NCBI GenBank assembly: GCA_964187785.1
Contig: OZ076409.1
Location: 28,770,001-28,834,000 of the forward strand
DNA from: Amphiscolops sp. MND2022
Taxonomy: Eukaryota
Reading direction: 5' to 3'
DNA: 64,000 nt
Shown piece after piece: positions 24,011 through 34,685 of this stretch. The notes beneath the pieces are model-generated. The model ran no database searches, was not told the origin of the DNA, and saw nothing but the letters and a program-made list of their open reading frames with translations. The number at the start of each line of letters is the position of its first letter. Position 1 is the first letter of the stretch. The position numbers and the translations under genes were made by a program.

Positions 24011-24836
24011 CATCACAAATTCATCGTCGAAGTCGATGACGATTTTGACCTGATCAGAAATTTCACTTGGATCCATCCAGCGGATTCAACGGTGCTTTTA
24101 ACCAAAGTTCATCGCATTCCCATCCTTAAAGTTTGCGAATGAACAAAACATGGGACTTTAAACTGACTTTCATCATGAATCCATCAGCGGATTTTATGGG
24201 ACTTATTCTAGGAAAACTCATCTTTAATAAATCGTGATTATTTCGTTTAGTAATTCCTGAATGTGCTTCTCATTTCTAAAGAACAGTAGTTCATCCTTTA
24301 TTCATCGCGTTCACTAGTACAGAAGGGAAATGAGAAAGTACATCCTTAATTCATCCTAAAAAAGAGTGAAAGTGCTGGTTATCTGATTTGTTTAGTAAAC
24401 CCATCCTTAATTCATCTTGATTTCGTTTGTGCTGAAAATTAACCATTTTAGTGGGTGAGTTCATCCTAAACTCATCGCTAAATCGAATTGCTTTGGTATT
24501 CGGTGTTTTAATTGACAAGTTCATCCTAAACTCATCGCTAAAATTCTCCTGTACTAGAATTAGCGTTTATCGACTGAATTCATCCCGAATTCATCGTCAT
24601 TTGAATCTGTGCTGGAAATTGGCAAATTATGCATGGAGTTCATCCTTTTATCATCGTCAGTTTGAATTGTGTTGATTTCCGAACGAGAAAGACTACCATT
24701 CATCGCATTTTCATCCAGAGCAAAACTAGACTTGGAAATCAGCAAATATTCTTACAAGTTCATCGCATTTCCATCTTCAAGTTTTAAACCATTGATTTTG
24801 GCGCAGGAATCAGCGGAAAAACATCGTTTTCCCATC
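24011..24836 (-). repeat. Phased CATC-N7-CATC motif array in the LTR
   Basis: Motifs at 24011, 24110, 24171, 24292, 24341, 24402, 24462, 24522, 24581, 24641, 24701, 24761 and 24822; 60+/-1 bp period from 24341 on. Confidence 0.9.
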
Positions 24837-25027
24837 CCAAAGTGTGCTTTACCTTAAATTTGATTGAAATTAGTGCGTTATTGAATGATTTGAGTCCATT
24901 TTAGTTGCTAAAGAAACCATGATGTTATGTGCAGGCAATTGCGACATTGTAAATTGATGACTAAACACCATTAACACATGTAGATGTACCATGGTGCGTA
25001 GCCACTTTGCGGCAGTTCACAACACTG

Positions 25028-25146
25028 GTCACGTGACTTACCATTTTAGCACCAGCTGGTAACAGCCAATGAGAGAAGGTTGGTAAGAGATTTAGCGTCT
25101 TACCAACCGAAAAGACACGTGAACTGCTGTAATTTGGGCCGCCATT
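25028..25146 (+). promoter_or_regulatory. Candidate LTR promoter (E-boxes, CCAAT, YY1-like site)
   Basis: GTCACGTGAC 25028-25037, AGCCAATGAG with CCAAT at 25066, a second CACGTG near 25116, GCCGCCATT 25138-25146. Motif matches only. Confidence 0.45.
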
Positions 25147-25496
25147 AAATATTACTCAGCCCGAATTGCGACAAGCTACCGACCAGTTGGATATTTTAAC
25201 ACGCGAAAGTCAGAAAATACATCTCTATTTCATCGTCAGAAATTGAAGAATTTGAACTGAGTAATTTCCTTGGTACATCTACTACTGTGATGAAAATTGG
25301 ATGAACTCCTCCTGAATAACTTGCTAGTTCCCTTCTCCTTATCTAACTGCTTACTTATTTGTACGACTTCTTTCTAAAACATCTCAGTTTCAGATTAGTG
25401 AATTTGAGATTGAATATTCAGTTAAATCAGCAGAATACATTGAAACAACATCTCAGATAATTCAGTCTTCACTCATAATTCTTTTCTCTCGAATAC

Positions 25497-27002
25497 ATGA
25501 ACCCAGACCAAGGTACCGAACTTAGAAGCGGTAGAGTCATACATTCCTCGTCAGGAACATCTTCGCCAATAGATCCAGACATGGCTCAGTCATCCGCCAA
25601 TGACTCTGACAACAACGAAACTTCAGATATCTCGTCCCAGTTGTCTGAAATAAGAGAGAACTATGAGAAGAAGATAAATGAGTTATAAAGCGAATTTAGT
25701 CAACTGAAGAACTTATTAATGGCAGTTATTAGTAAAAATGACGAAAATAACTTACCTTCGGCATCGCAAAGTTCTTCAAAGCCGACCCACAGAGTCGGGT
25801 TCGACATGGTGACAGGAGTTACAGAAACCCGCTCCACCCGCCCGACATCCAGCTTCACAAACTTCAGGAGATACCAAGAAGACGACTCGGACGAAGAAGG
25901 TGAATCAACTCCTAGAAGCAATGAGGAACGACTACTCAATGCAATCGAGACGATCCCCCAACGAATCAAAAGCACCACCACCAACACGAAACTACTACAG
26001 ACACACGTCCCAAATTTCAGAGGCCAAAAAGACAAATTCGTGGAATTCGAGCACCTTCTCCTCAACCACCTTAGCCCGCTGGCCAACAAAATCACCGAAG
26101 AGAACAAACTCCACTTCTTTCAAAGCCTTTTGAGAGATGATGCAATAGAGTACTGGCAATCCATCCAGATAACGCCACTAACAACGCTGAAAGATGTGCT
26201 CGACCTCTTCAGGAAAGAATTCGCGAAAGAGGACCTTAAAGAAGTAGCTCGATACAAATGGGATCAAGCCCGTTACGATTCCACCACAGAAACATTCAGC
26301 GACTTCCTCAAAAACTTGAAAAAGATTGCGAAACAAGCATTTGGGGAAGAAGCGGATAAAATCATCAAAATGTTCTTGTTCGGTAAACTCCCAGTCGAAA
26401 TACAACAAGAACTTACGATGGCCAATAAGGAGGAGAGCTCACCAGAAGAAATCAAGACATACTTGATGAGAAAGTACCAGTACCAACAGTACGTTGCGCC
26501 ACCAACGGCAATTCAACCATTTAACGCGGTCACCTCCTCGGTCCCAACGACCAACACAACGATTAAACCAGCAACAACGACGACAACGCAACCGACAGAA
26601 CGAAAACGATTTGAGGGACAATGCTTCTACTGCGGAAAGACAGGTCACCGCAAAACGGAATGTCGCGCCCGACAACGTGACGACGCAAACAGCATTAAGA
26701 AAGAGGATGCAATTCCGATGAAGAAAGCAACCGACCCAGACAAACCGAAATACAATCCCAAGCTGGTTTGCCAGATTTGTGGATACACCGGCCACTCTGC
26801 AAGAGACTGCAGACGACGCATTCTCAAGGAAAGCAGCTCTGCATATGGAAAGATTCCATACACAACGAATTCACAGGACGACAACAAGGCTAGACGACAA
26901 GATTTAAAACGACAGCAAAAGCAGATGAATCCAATGCAAGCAATTACTGAGGACGACGAACAACTAAGCTACTCTGATGAAGACATTAACCAGGGTTTTT
27001 GA
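25497..27002 (+). pseudogene. gag: Gag with two CCHC zinc knuckles; starts inside the LTR; nonsense codon at 25686
   Basis: CFYCGKTGHRKTEC and CQICGYTGHSARDC. ORFs 25497-25688 and 25719-27002 share a frame; the 3' LTR has CAA where the 5' LTR has TAA. Confidence 0.92.
25807..25819 (+). other. Primer-binding site TGGTGACAGGAGT (probably tRNA-Leu)
   Basis: TGG immediately follows the LTR-terminal CA; resembles the TGGTGTCAGGAGT Leu-type PBS. Confidence 0.7.
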
Positions 27003-30000
27003 TTCAGCCACGATTTCCGCTCGCTAGAAATACAACGCGCGACAAACGACTTTCGACTCAACCGACTACACACAACCGTCCAATGAAGAAATGGCAGCCT
27101 TCACTGGACAAACGACCAAAAGCTGACGACGTCTATCAGCGAAGACTTTCCAACGATGAAAAAGCGATGGGAAATGCACGTCAACGCAACAGCAGCCGCT
27201 TTTCTCCACTCTCTGAAATCAACGATGAACAAACGATGAACTGGCACCAAAACACCATGAGGCAGGTGGACGATGCCAAAGAGATGGACACCAACCATCT
27301 AGACGACGACTCGACTTCATACTCAACAATCGACAAACGGCTTAGTATTAAAAAACATGCAAAACATAGTAGTATTAACATTTCAAAAGCTAACAAACAT
27401 GCAACTAAAACAGAAATTCACGTTCTTAGTCCCACTTTACATTTAAACAAGAAAGATAAAATGCTGTACGTCCCTCTTCAGTTTGATAAATACGAAAATC
27501 ATGCACTGTTAGACACAGGCGCAATTCAAAGCGCAATGTCTGAAGCAGAATTGTGGAAAATAACAACGGCTCATCCAGAAGCCATCCTTCAAGAACTCCC
27601 CCCTCCGAATTTCAAAATTCAAATAGCAAACGGGAACTTAGTCCCAGTGCGTAAGCAAGTCTTACATAGATTTTACGTTGCTGGAAAAGTCTTTGAAGAA
27701 ACGTTCCTAATCCTTCCAACAATGGGCACAATTTTAATTGGAATGTCATTCTTTGAAAAGTACTCAGTCAACTTAGACATAAAAAACCACCTTGTCCACT
27801 TCCCTAATCACATGATGTCCATGCAAGTTAGACAGCAAAAGATCAACAGATTCAAAACTGGTTTAATTGATTTGTGTTCCAGTACTAGAACAGTGATCCC
27901 TCCTCTCCATCAAGTGATGATACAGGTCCACAGTGACGCAGACATCTCACTTACATCTGGTACAGTTGAGGGCTCACCTGGATTCATGCGAAAGACGTGT
28001 TTGCTTGTTTCCCCAGCTTTGGTTGACCTAGATGAGGGCAAGACGACAATCCAAGTCACCAACCCGAACAACCACACGTTCACACTTGATGCCAACACCA
28101 CTCTGGCACACTTTCGCATACCGACACCACATCAGGCGGCAAACATCACACCCATGCCAGTCGAACACTTGAACCTGATCACCAAGTACCCAGATGAGGC
28201 GGAAGCGGTGATCAACCAACTGTTCGTGAACCCTGAAATGAAGTCAACTAAGTGGTACCCAACTCCCGAGACGTGCAGTGAGCCAGACAAACTCAACGCA
28301 ATTGAGCGACGAATCTATGATGAGATTCTGGCACTGCGAGAGCTCGAGAAGCTTGACCCGTCCCAATCCGATGAACAACGGATGAACTTCCTGAAGAACT
28401 TCAACTGGGACGACTCGCTTCTTACTCCGTCTCAACGGTTACAGGTAGAGGAGTTGCTGGTAAAGTACAACTCCATTTTTGCTAGACATCGTTTTGATAT
28501 TGGCATGAACACTGATTTTAAAGTTAAGCTAACACCCCAACATGAAGAACCTGTTTATTCACAAAGTCTCCCTACTCCGACAAATTTGAAGGACGATTTG
28601 CTCGTGGAGTTAGCCTTAATGCAAGAGTACGGGATCATAACTACTTTGCCTCATAGCAAATACTCATATCCGATATTCGCTCAACGTAAACCTAATGGTA
28701 AATTGAGGATTTTAGTTGACTTGAGAAGAATAAACCACTTGATCAAAAACGATTACGGTGAACACAACCATCCCGTAACAACAATTGCTGACGCTGCCCA
28801 ACACATGGCCGGGAAAAAGTACTTCTGTAAACTTGATTGTTCCCAGGCCTACCATTGCATCCCAATGGCCGATGAGCAGTCTGTCCAACTGTTATCGTTT
28901 AATTTTGGTTCTAGAACTTTTGCCTTTTTACGCCTAGCACAGGGCCTTAATCGTTCTTTGTCAGCATTCACAAGTGTAGTCCGTGAGTATTTGGACCCCC
29001 TGGTCAAAGCGGACCGATGTGCTCAATATGTTGATGACATCGGAATTGCAGCACACACCCCTGACGAACTGATTAATAACCTTGAACTTGTTTTTCAGCA
29101 GTTGAACAAAGCTGGTCTTAAGCATGAGTAAATGTGAATTTGGACAAAAGCAAATTGAGTACTTGGGAAAAACCATTTCTAGCACCGGTATTGCTCCCAT
29201 TGAGAAACGAGTAACTGACTATCTGACCAAATTGAAACCCCCAAACTCAGTGAAAGCGTTGCAACGTTATCTTGGTTTTGTAAACTTTTACAGGTCTTAT
29301 ATTCCCCGCCTAGCTGATAAAACTTGTTGTTTACAGGAGTTGATCAAGAAGGACGTCCCTTTCAAACTGAATCAACAACATAAAGATGCTATTTTTGAAA
29401 TCAATGAAAGTTTGTTAAAAGCAACAAAAGTGTCCCTGAAATTGCCATTACCTGATAAACAATTGGTAATCATGTGTGACGCCAGCGAACACGCTGCCGG
29501 CTATGTTTTGTTAATTGAGGATTATGCTGACCCGTCAGTCAAACAAACATACGCCCCTGTTGCATTTGGCTCTAAGAAATTTCAGGGCGGCCAGATGTCT
29601 CTAACAATGTATGCCAAAGAGTTTTTAGCTATGCACTTTGCCTTCGATGAATTTGGCCACATTTTGTGGGGTGCGAAAAAACCCATCATTGTTATGACTG
29701 ACAATAAGGCCTTGACTAGATTTTTTCAGGCGAAGCATATCCCGCCTTCACTTTGGAATTTTTGCGATCAAACCCTTCAGTTCAATTTTTTATTAGCACA
29801 TGTTCCAGGAGTTGAAAATCCCGCAGCGGATTACTTATCTCGGCTTGAGATTAGACCTGAAGACCGTGTACATTTAAATTTGACTGATATTATTCCAATT
29901 CACAGAATCGAGATCGACATCGCCTCCCGTACACCAAAACAGGAGGAAGACGAGCCTGATTACTTTCCCACGAGCGAACCACTCAGATGCAAACGCCAGA

Positions 30001-32087
30001 AGGATGTCAAAGAGATGAAATTGGCAACTGGCACTGACGTGGCTCATGACGATGGGAAAGGGATGAAGTTCACCAACTGTGAGAGAACAGCGGCCTCAGA
30101 TGACTTCGCGACTGACAACCATCTGACGTACCGCCTCACAGACGTGGACGAGCCGATTCAACTCTCGCAATTCATCCGTAAAGTATCATTATCACACCCG
30201 GTAATGAGTCAGGTTAGCCCCGCTGAGGGGATCGATCTAATTCAAGTCCAGAAAAATAACTGGGTTATTCAAAACATGATTAGATTTTTAGAAGGTACTG
30301 AAATTTTAAAACACCCAGTTAATATGCAAGATCAGTTTTTTCAAAAGTTGCACAAAAATCGAAAACGCCTACAAGTTGTAAACGGTGTCTTGTACAGACA
30401 GTTTTTTGATCACACGGGACTGGAGTCTCACAAGCAGTTAGTCGTTCCTGAAGACTGTATTTTGAAAATAATTAGGACTCTACATAACAGCCCGGTACAA
30501 GGACACCCTGGTTTAAAGGAAATGTTGTACGAACTTCGTAAAAGATATTACTCTCCTACCTTAGCCTGTAAAGTTCAAAAAGTCCTTGACGGATGTGAAA
30601 ACTGCATGAAATCTAAAAGTGTAAAAGAAACGCAACTACGTCCACCGTTACAAAAAATCTACGACCCGTGCGACGGACCAGAAGACCTGTTGGAAATAGA
30701 CATCGTTGGTCCACTCCCGGCGTCGAACGGTTTCACACACATTCTGACGGCTGTTGACGTTTTTTCACGCTACCTGTTCGCCGTTCCGCTGAAGAGACCT
30801 GATACACATTCCGTAGTCAGAGGATTACTGTCGATCTTCACGAAACACGCGTATGTGCCCAAGCACATTCTGACGGACAAGGGCACGGCGTTTACGGCTG
30901 AACTTCTGTCTGAAATCGCGAAAGCGGCTGAAATTCACATCTACCATGCCACGATAAAGCACGCACAGACAATAGGCATGGTAGAGAGAACGCACGCGAA
31001 ACTGAAAAAGATCCTTAAAATTAGTGTAAACGCAGACCGACCACAATGGGACCGCTATGTCGACATAGCAATCATGGCCCATAACACAACGTATCATGAT
31101 TCACTGAAATGTTCACCAACTGAAATTTTCCACGGAAGAACACCATACAACCCACTAGATCTGCAATTCCGAAACGCAAACAAACCGGCTGAAACAAAGT
31201 GCAAGGACGTGAACGAAATTCTAGACAAAATGAACTTCATCTTCAGAGACAATCTAGATAACATCATTTCCGCCTATCATAAGTACAAAACGTACTCTGA
31301 TAGAAAAGCACGAGCACAGCCACTGAAGGTGAATGAATTTGTGTTCCTACTAGATCCTAAGTACGACTCTCAGAGAAGCAAAGAAGAGTTTAAAACTTTC
31401 CATTGGAAAGGACCGTACAAGGTGATGAAAGTGCTATCCGATAGCAACTACATCATCCGCAAAGTAGGCACACACCAAACTCAGTGCGTACATCGCATGC
31501 GACTGAGATTGTTTAAACCGGAATTTCCGATTGATGACATCAACGTGTCCAAACATCTCTACCCAGACACTGAAAGGGTTGAAGACACGGACATTTTCGA
31601 CTCGAATATTCCGACGACTGACGAAGTAGATCAGAATGAGAATGACAATCTAGATCAAGACTTAGTCGAAGAAGAGCCTTCAGAAGAAATAATTCCGCAG
31701 GTACAAGAACAACACAGTCCACAAGTAATTCCACCAAAAATAACCACGAGAATAGATTATCAGCAAGTAGAAACTGACCACAACAACTTTAGACCACCTA
31801 CAGTTAGATTCGGAACACAAGAGGAAATTATTCTACCGCCCCCCCACGATGAAAGTAGGATAAAAGTACCTCTGAGAGACGAACAACACGAAAATCAGTC
31901 ACAACAGACAAACACGCAAACTGAAGATGAGGAAAGGATGAGTTCTAAACCGTCTAGAAACAATCAAAGTAGGTACAGGTTACGCGAGAACCCTACACCG
32001 AAAAAATATCCTGACTTCCTTATTCATGAGATTACATCAGCCAGAAACTCTCTGAGAAAGACCAACATAGTAAACGTAACGAGTTAG
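26999..32087 (+). pseudogene. pol: Pol (protease, RT, RNase H, integrase with GPY/F motif); one frameshift near 29123
   Basis: LLDTGA; YVDD; CDAS...KEFLA...TDNKAL...AADYLSR; H..GH..CENC; IDIVG, TDKG, VERTH; WKGPY. ORFs 26999-29131 and 29124-32087 break inside RT. Confidence 0.95.
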
Positions 32088-32115
32088 CCAAGAAAAACAA
32101 CATTTCAAAACACAC

Positions 32116-32650
32116 GATGTGTTAAAGATGAACAATTCACAAAAACGAGTCAATTACATGCAATTTCAATTTAAAATGAACATGAAGATGTAAAATGGAT
32201 GAAAAGTTACTAAAAATCACATGAAAAACGCATCAAAATAAAACACGATGTAAAACGGATGAAAAACGACCAAAAACCCAGAAAAAAACAAAACACAAAA
32301 TTTGAGATGAAAAAAGGATGAAATCACATGAAAATTTATCCCAGACACACGAGAGATGAAAAAGTGATGAACTCAGTCAAAAATTCGACCAATCAACATG
32401 CAATATTTACTAGCGATGCATTTGAGATGGAAAATACCATCAGAATGCGAACGCACTCACGTTCATGCTATCATAATACTCTAGCTCGGCTAGAGGATGA
32501 AATAGCGATGAACTCGATCCAATTATTCAGAAATTACATGAAATCAATTAACGAGATGAATTTGTGATGGACACTACCATCAAATCGTTACCGAATTTAT
32601 CGTTAGCCTGACACAATACTCTAGCTTCGCTGGAGGATGTCGAAACGATG
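32116..32650 (+). repeat. GATG-N7-GATG array downstream of pol
   Basis: Nine motifs at 32116, 32187, 32247, 32306, 32355, 32415, 32496, 32555 and 32636. Confidence 0.9.
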
Positions 32651-34043
32651 AATTTAGTCTAAATGGAAATTCGAAAATATTAAATGACTTACCAAAACCT
32701 CCTTGTGATGGGAAACACCATCAACATAACATCACAATAAATCAGCTAATTCTCAAACAACATGTAACTCCACGAAACGATAAAAAACAGCCGACTTTAT
32801 TTCGAATCATGCAAATAGAATTATGCGACACAAAAATGAAATGATCAATACATGTACGGTTCAAAGACCTGCCAAATCAATGACGTCACGAAAGAAATTG
32901 ACAATTCCAAACTACATGCAATACAAATGAGCAACACACGGAAATATACATGTACCGTTTAAAAATGAACGAGATAATATATGCAATTCACACCAAAGCC
33001 ATCCAAACCTAGACGAATAAAAATGAAACGAACAATCGAAAATACATGAAGCCTACTAACTTACATGCAAAATATAAGAACTGACGAAACACCCACAAAA
33101 CGAATAAAGGAGTGAGCACCCCCCAGTAAACATCAGTTCATAACAAACAAAATACCCCTATCGAAAAGCCAAAAACATTCCTTCGTGCTGGCTGGCATTT
33201 CTCTGAAAAGTGTGCTGGTTAGTTGAGGCGGGGAGCACACAACCATATTCGGATGAAGCTTGCTGCGTTGGTTATCCAGCGGCTAGTGGATTCTCAGTTA
33301 GTTTTGTAGGGGCTTTGTGACGACAAAGCCCTGTCCAAATGAACGAAAATAAAAACACCAAATTAAAATACATGAAACTAACACCGGACATATAACAACA
33401 TGTCGATAATGGGGCAACCCATTTAAAGGAATACATTATGAAAACACGCAAACATGAAACCACACAATATCACAAAACTTAATAATTCGAAACATGCAAA
33501 GCCGTAGATGTCAATCACCTTGATTGATCAGATTAAATGTCAAATGGACAAACCCAGTTCGACGTCTGATGACAAACAATTGACCGTAAAAATAACATGA
33601 AGACTATATATAGCTCAAAACTGAGAGATTTCATTCATCTGAATGGAGCGGAGCAGCTCCACTCACCCAGCTTTGGATTGGTACCTCAAGTACCTTGCAC
33701 GCCTACGGGGTTCCAATACCATTGCTGAGTGAACATCTCTTCGACTGCCACGCAAGCGGCAGTCACAAGAGTCCGAAAATTGATTCATGCAATAATGTTC
33801 AAACTATGACAAATCCGAAACGCAACGAAAATGAGTATAACACATGTACACTAAATTTCATGCAATTTCAACAACCTAACAAACGATCAACACCATATGA
33901 CACTAAAATACATGAAGAAAACACTCCCAAAATACCGCAAAATTGATAAAATACCCTCATCTACCATGAAAAAAGCAACTCTCGATCACGTTATAGTAAA
34001 ATAAACACGAAAAACACGCAAGATAAATATTTTCCAAAATCAC

Positions 34044-34422
34044 GATGAAAAGAAGATGAACTATGCAGCAAAATGAGCAAAATTCGACAAGTCAAAACTT
34101 GCGATGCAAAAACGATGGACTACAGCAAATAACTCGCCAAAATGATAAAATGAAAACGCAAGATGAAAAAACGATGAACTTTGCAGAAAAACACATGAAA
34201 CAACATGCAATGATTTCCACACAACGAAAGATGTAAAAAAGATGAGAAAACAGTTTTCGCGACGTCGCTCGGTCGACTGAGGAAAACAAGATGAAAATGA
34301 GATGAGACATCACAATGAAACACTGATGAATTAGCCACACCTACACGAGATGTAATAACGATGAACACCGTAATAAAAGTTATCTAAAACGCGCGAAAAT
34401 AAAAAGTGATGAGAAAGCGATG
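34044..34422 (+). repeat. GATG-N7-GATG array downstream of the antisense gene
   Basis: Seven motifs at 34044, 34103, 34162, 34230, 34290, 34349 and 34408 (~59-68 bp spacing). Confidence 0.9.
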
Positions 34423-34685
34423 AAAACTATCCGCAAATCTAACCTATCCCTATCCTCACCTAAAAATGTCTCAAGAGAAAAACAAATTTCGGGTGCCAAA
34501 CACTAAATTTGTATATATCTACGCTACCGAACTTTCCGACGTAGCATCTGTTGTTCTCCCCCCCCCTGTAAATTCGTTTAATTGGTCACCCATTTGCTAG
34601 ATACAATACTATAACATACAGTAATATAAAATAACATGAAAGATACAAACAGCTTCAAACAATAGTAATAAACAGCAAGTCAATT

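Larger units (their letters stand above)
23618..25806 (+). repeat. 5' LTR (2189 bp)
   Basis: TGTCATGCC...GTTCGACA. About 11 substitutions and no indel against the 3' LTR, counted by eye. Confidence 0.96.

Noticed and set aside
24341..24836. CRISPR-like look of the regularly spaced LTR motifs with unique spacers
   Set aside because: Only two 4-6 bp half-sites are constant, there are no cas genes, the context is a eukaryotic LTR, and the same motif is dispersed through the element.
23812..24857. Short ORFs duplicated at 40759-41804
   Set aside because: They recur only because both LTRs are near-identical; no coding features.
33566..33600. CTGATGA as a hammerhead ribozyme core
   Set aside because: No following stem II plus GAAA and no closing stems found.
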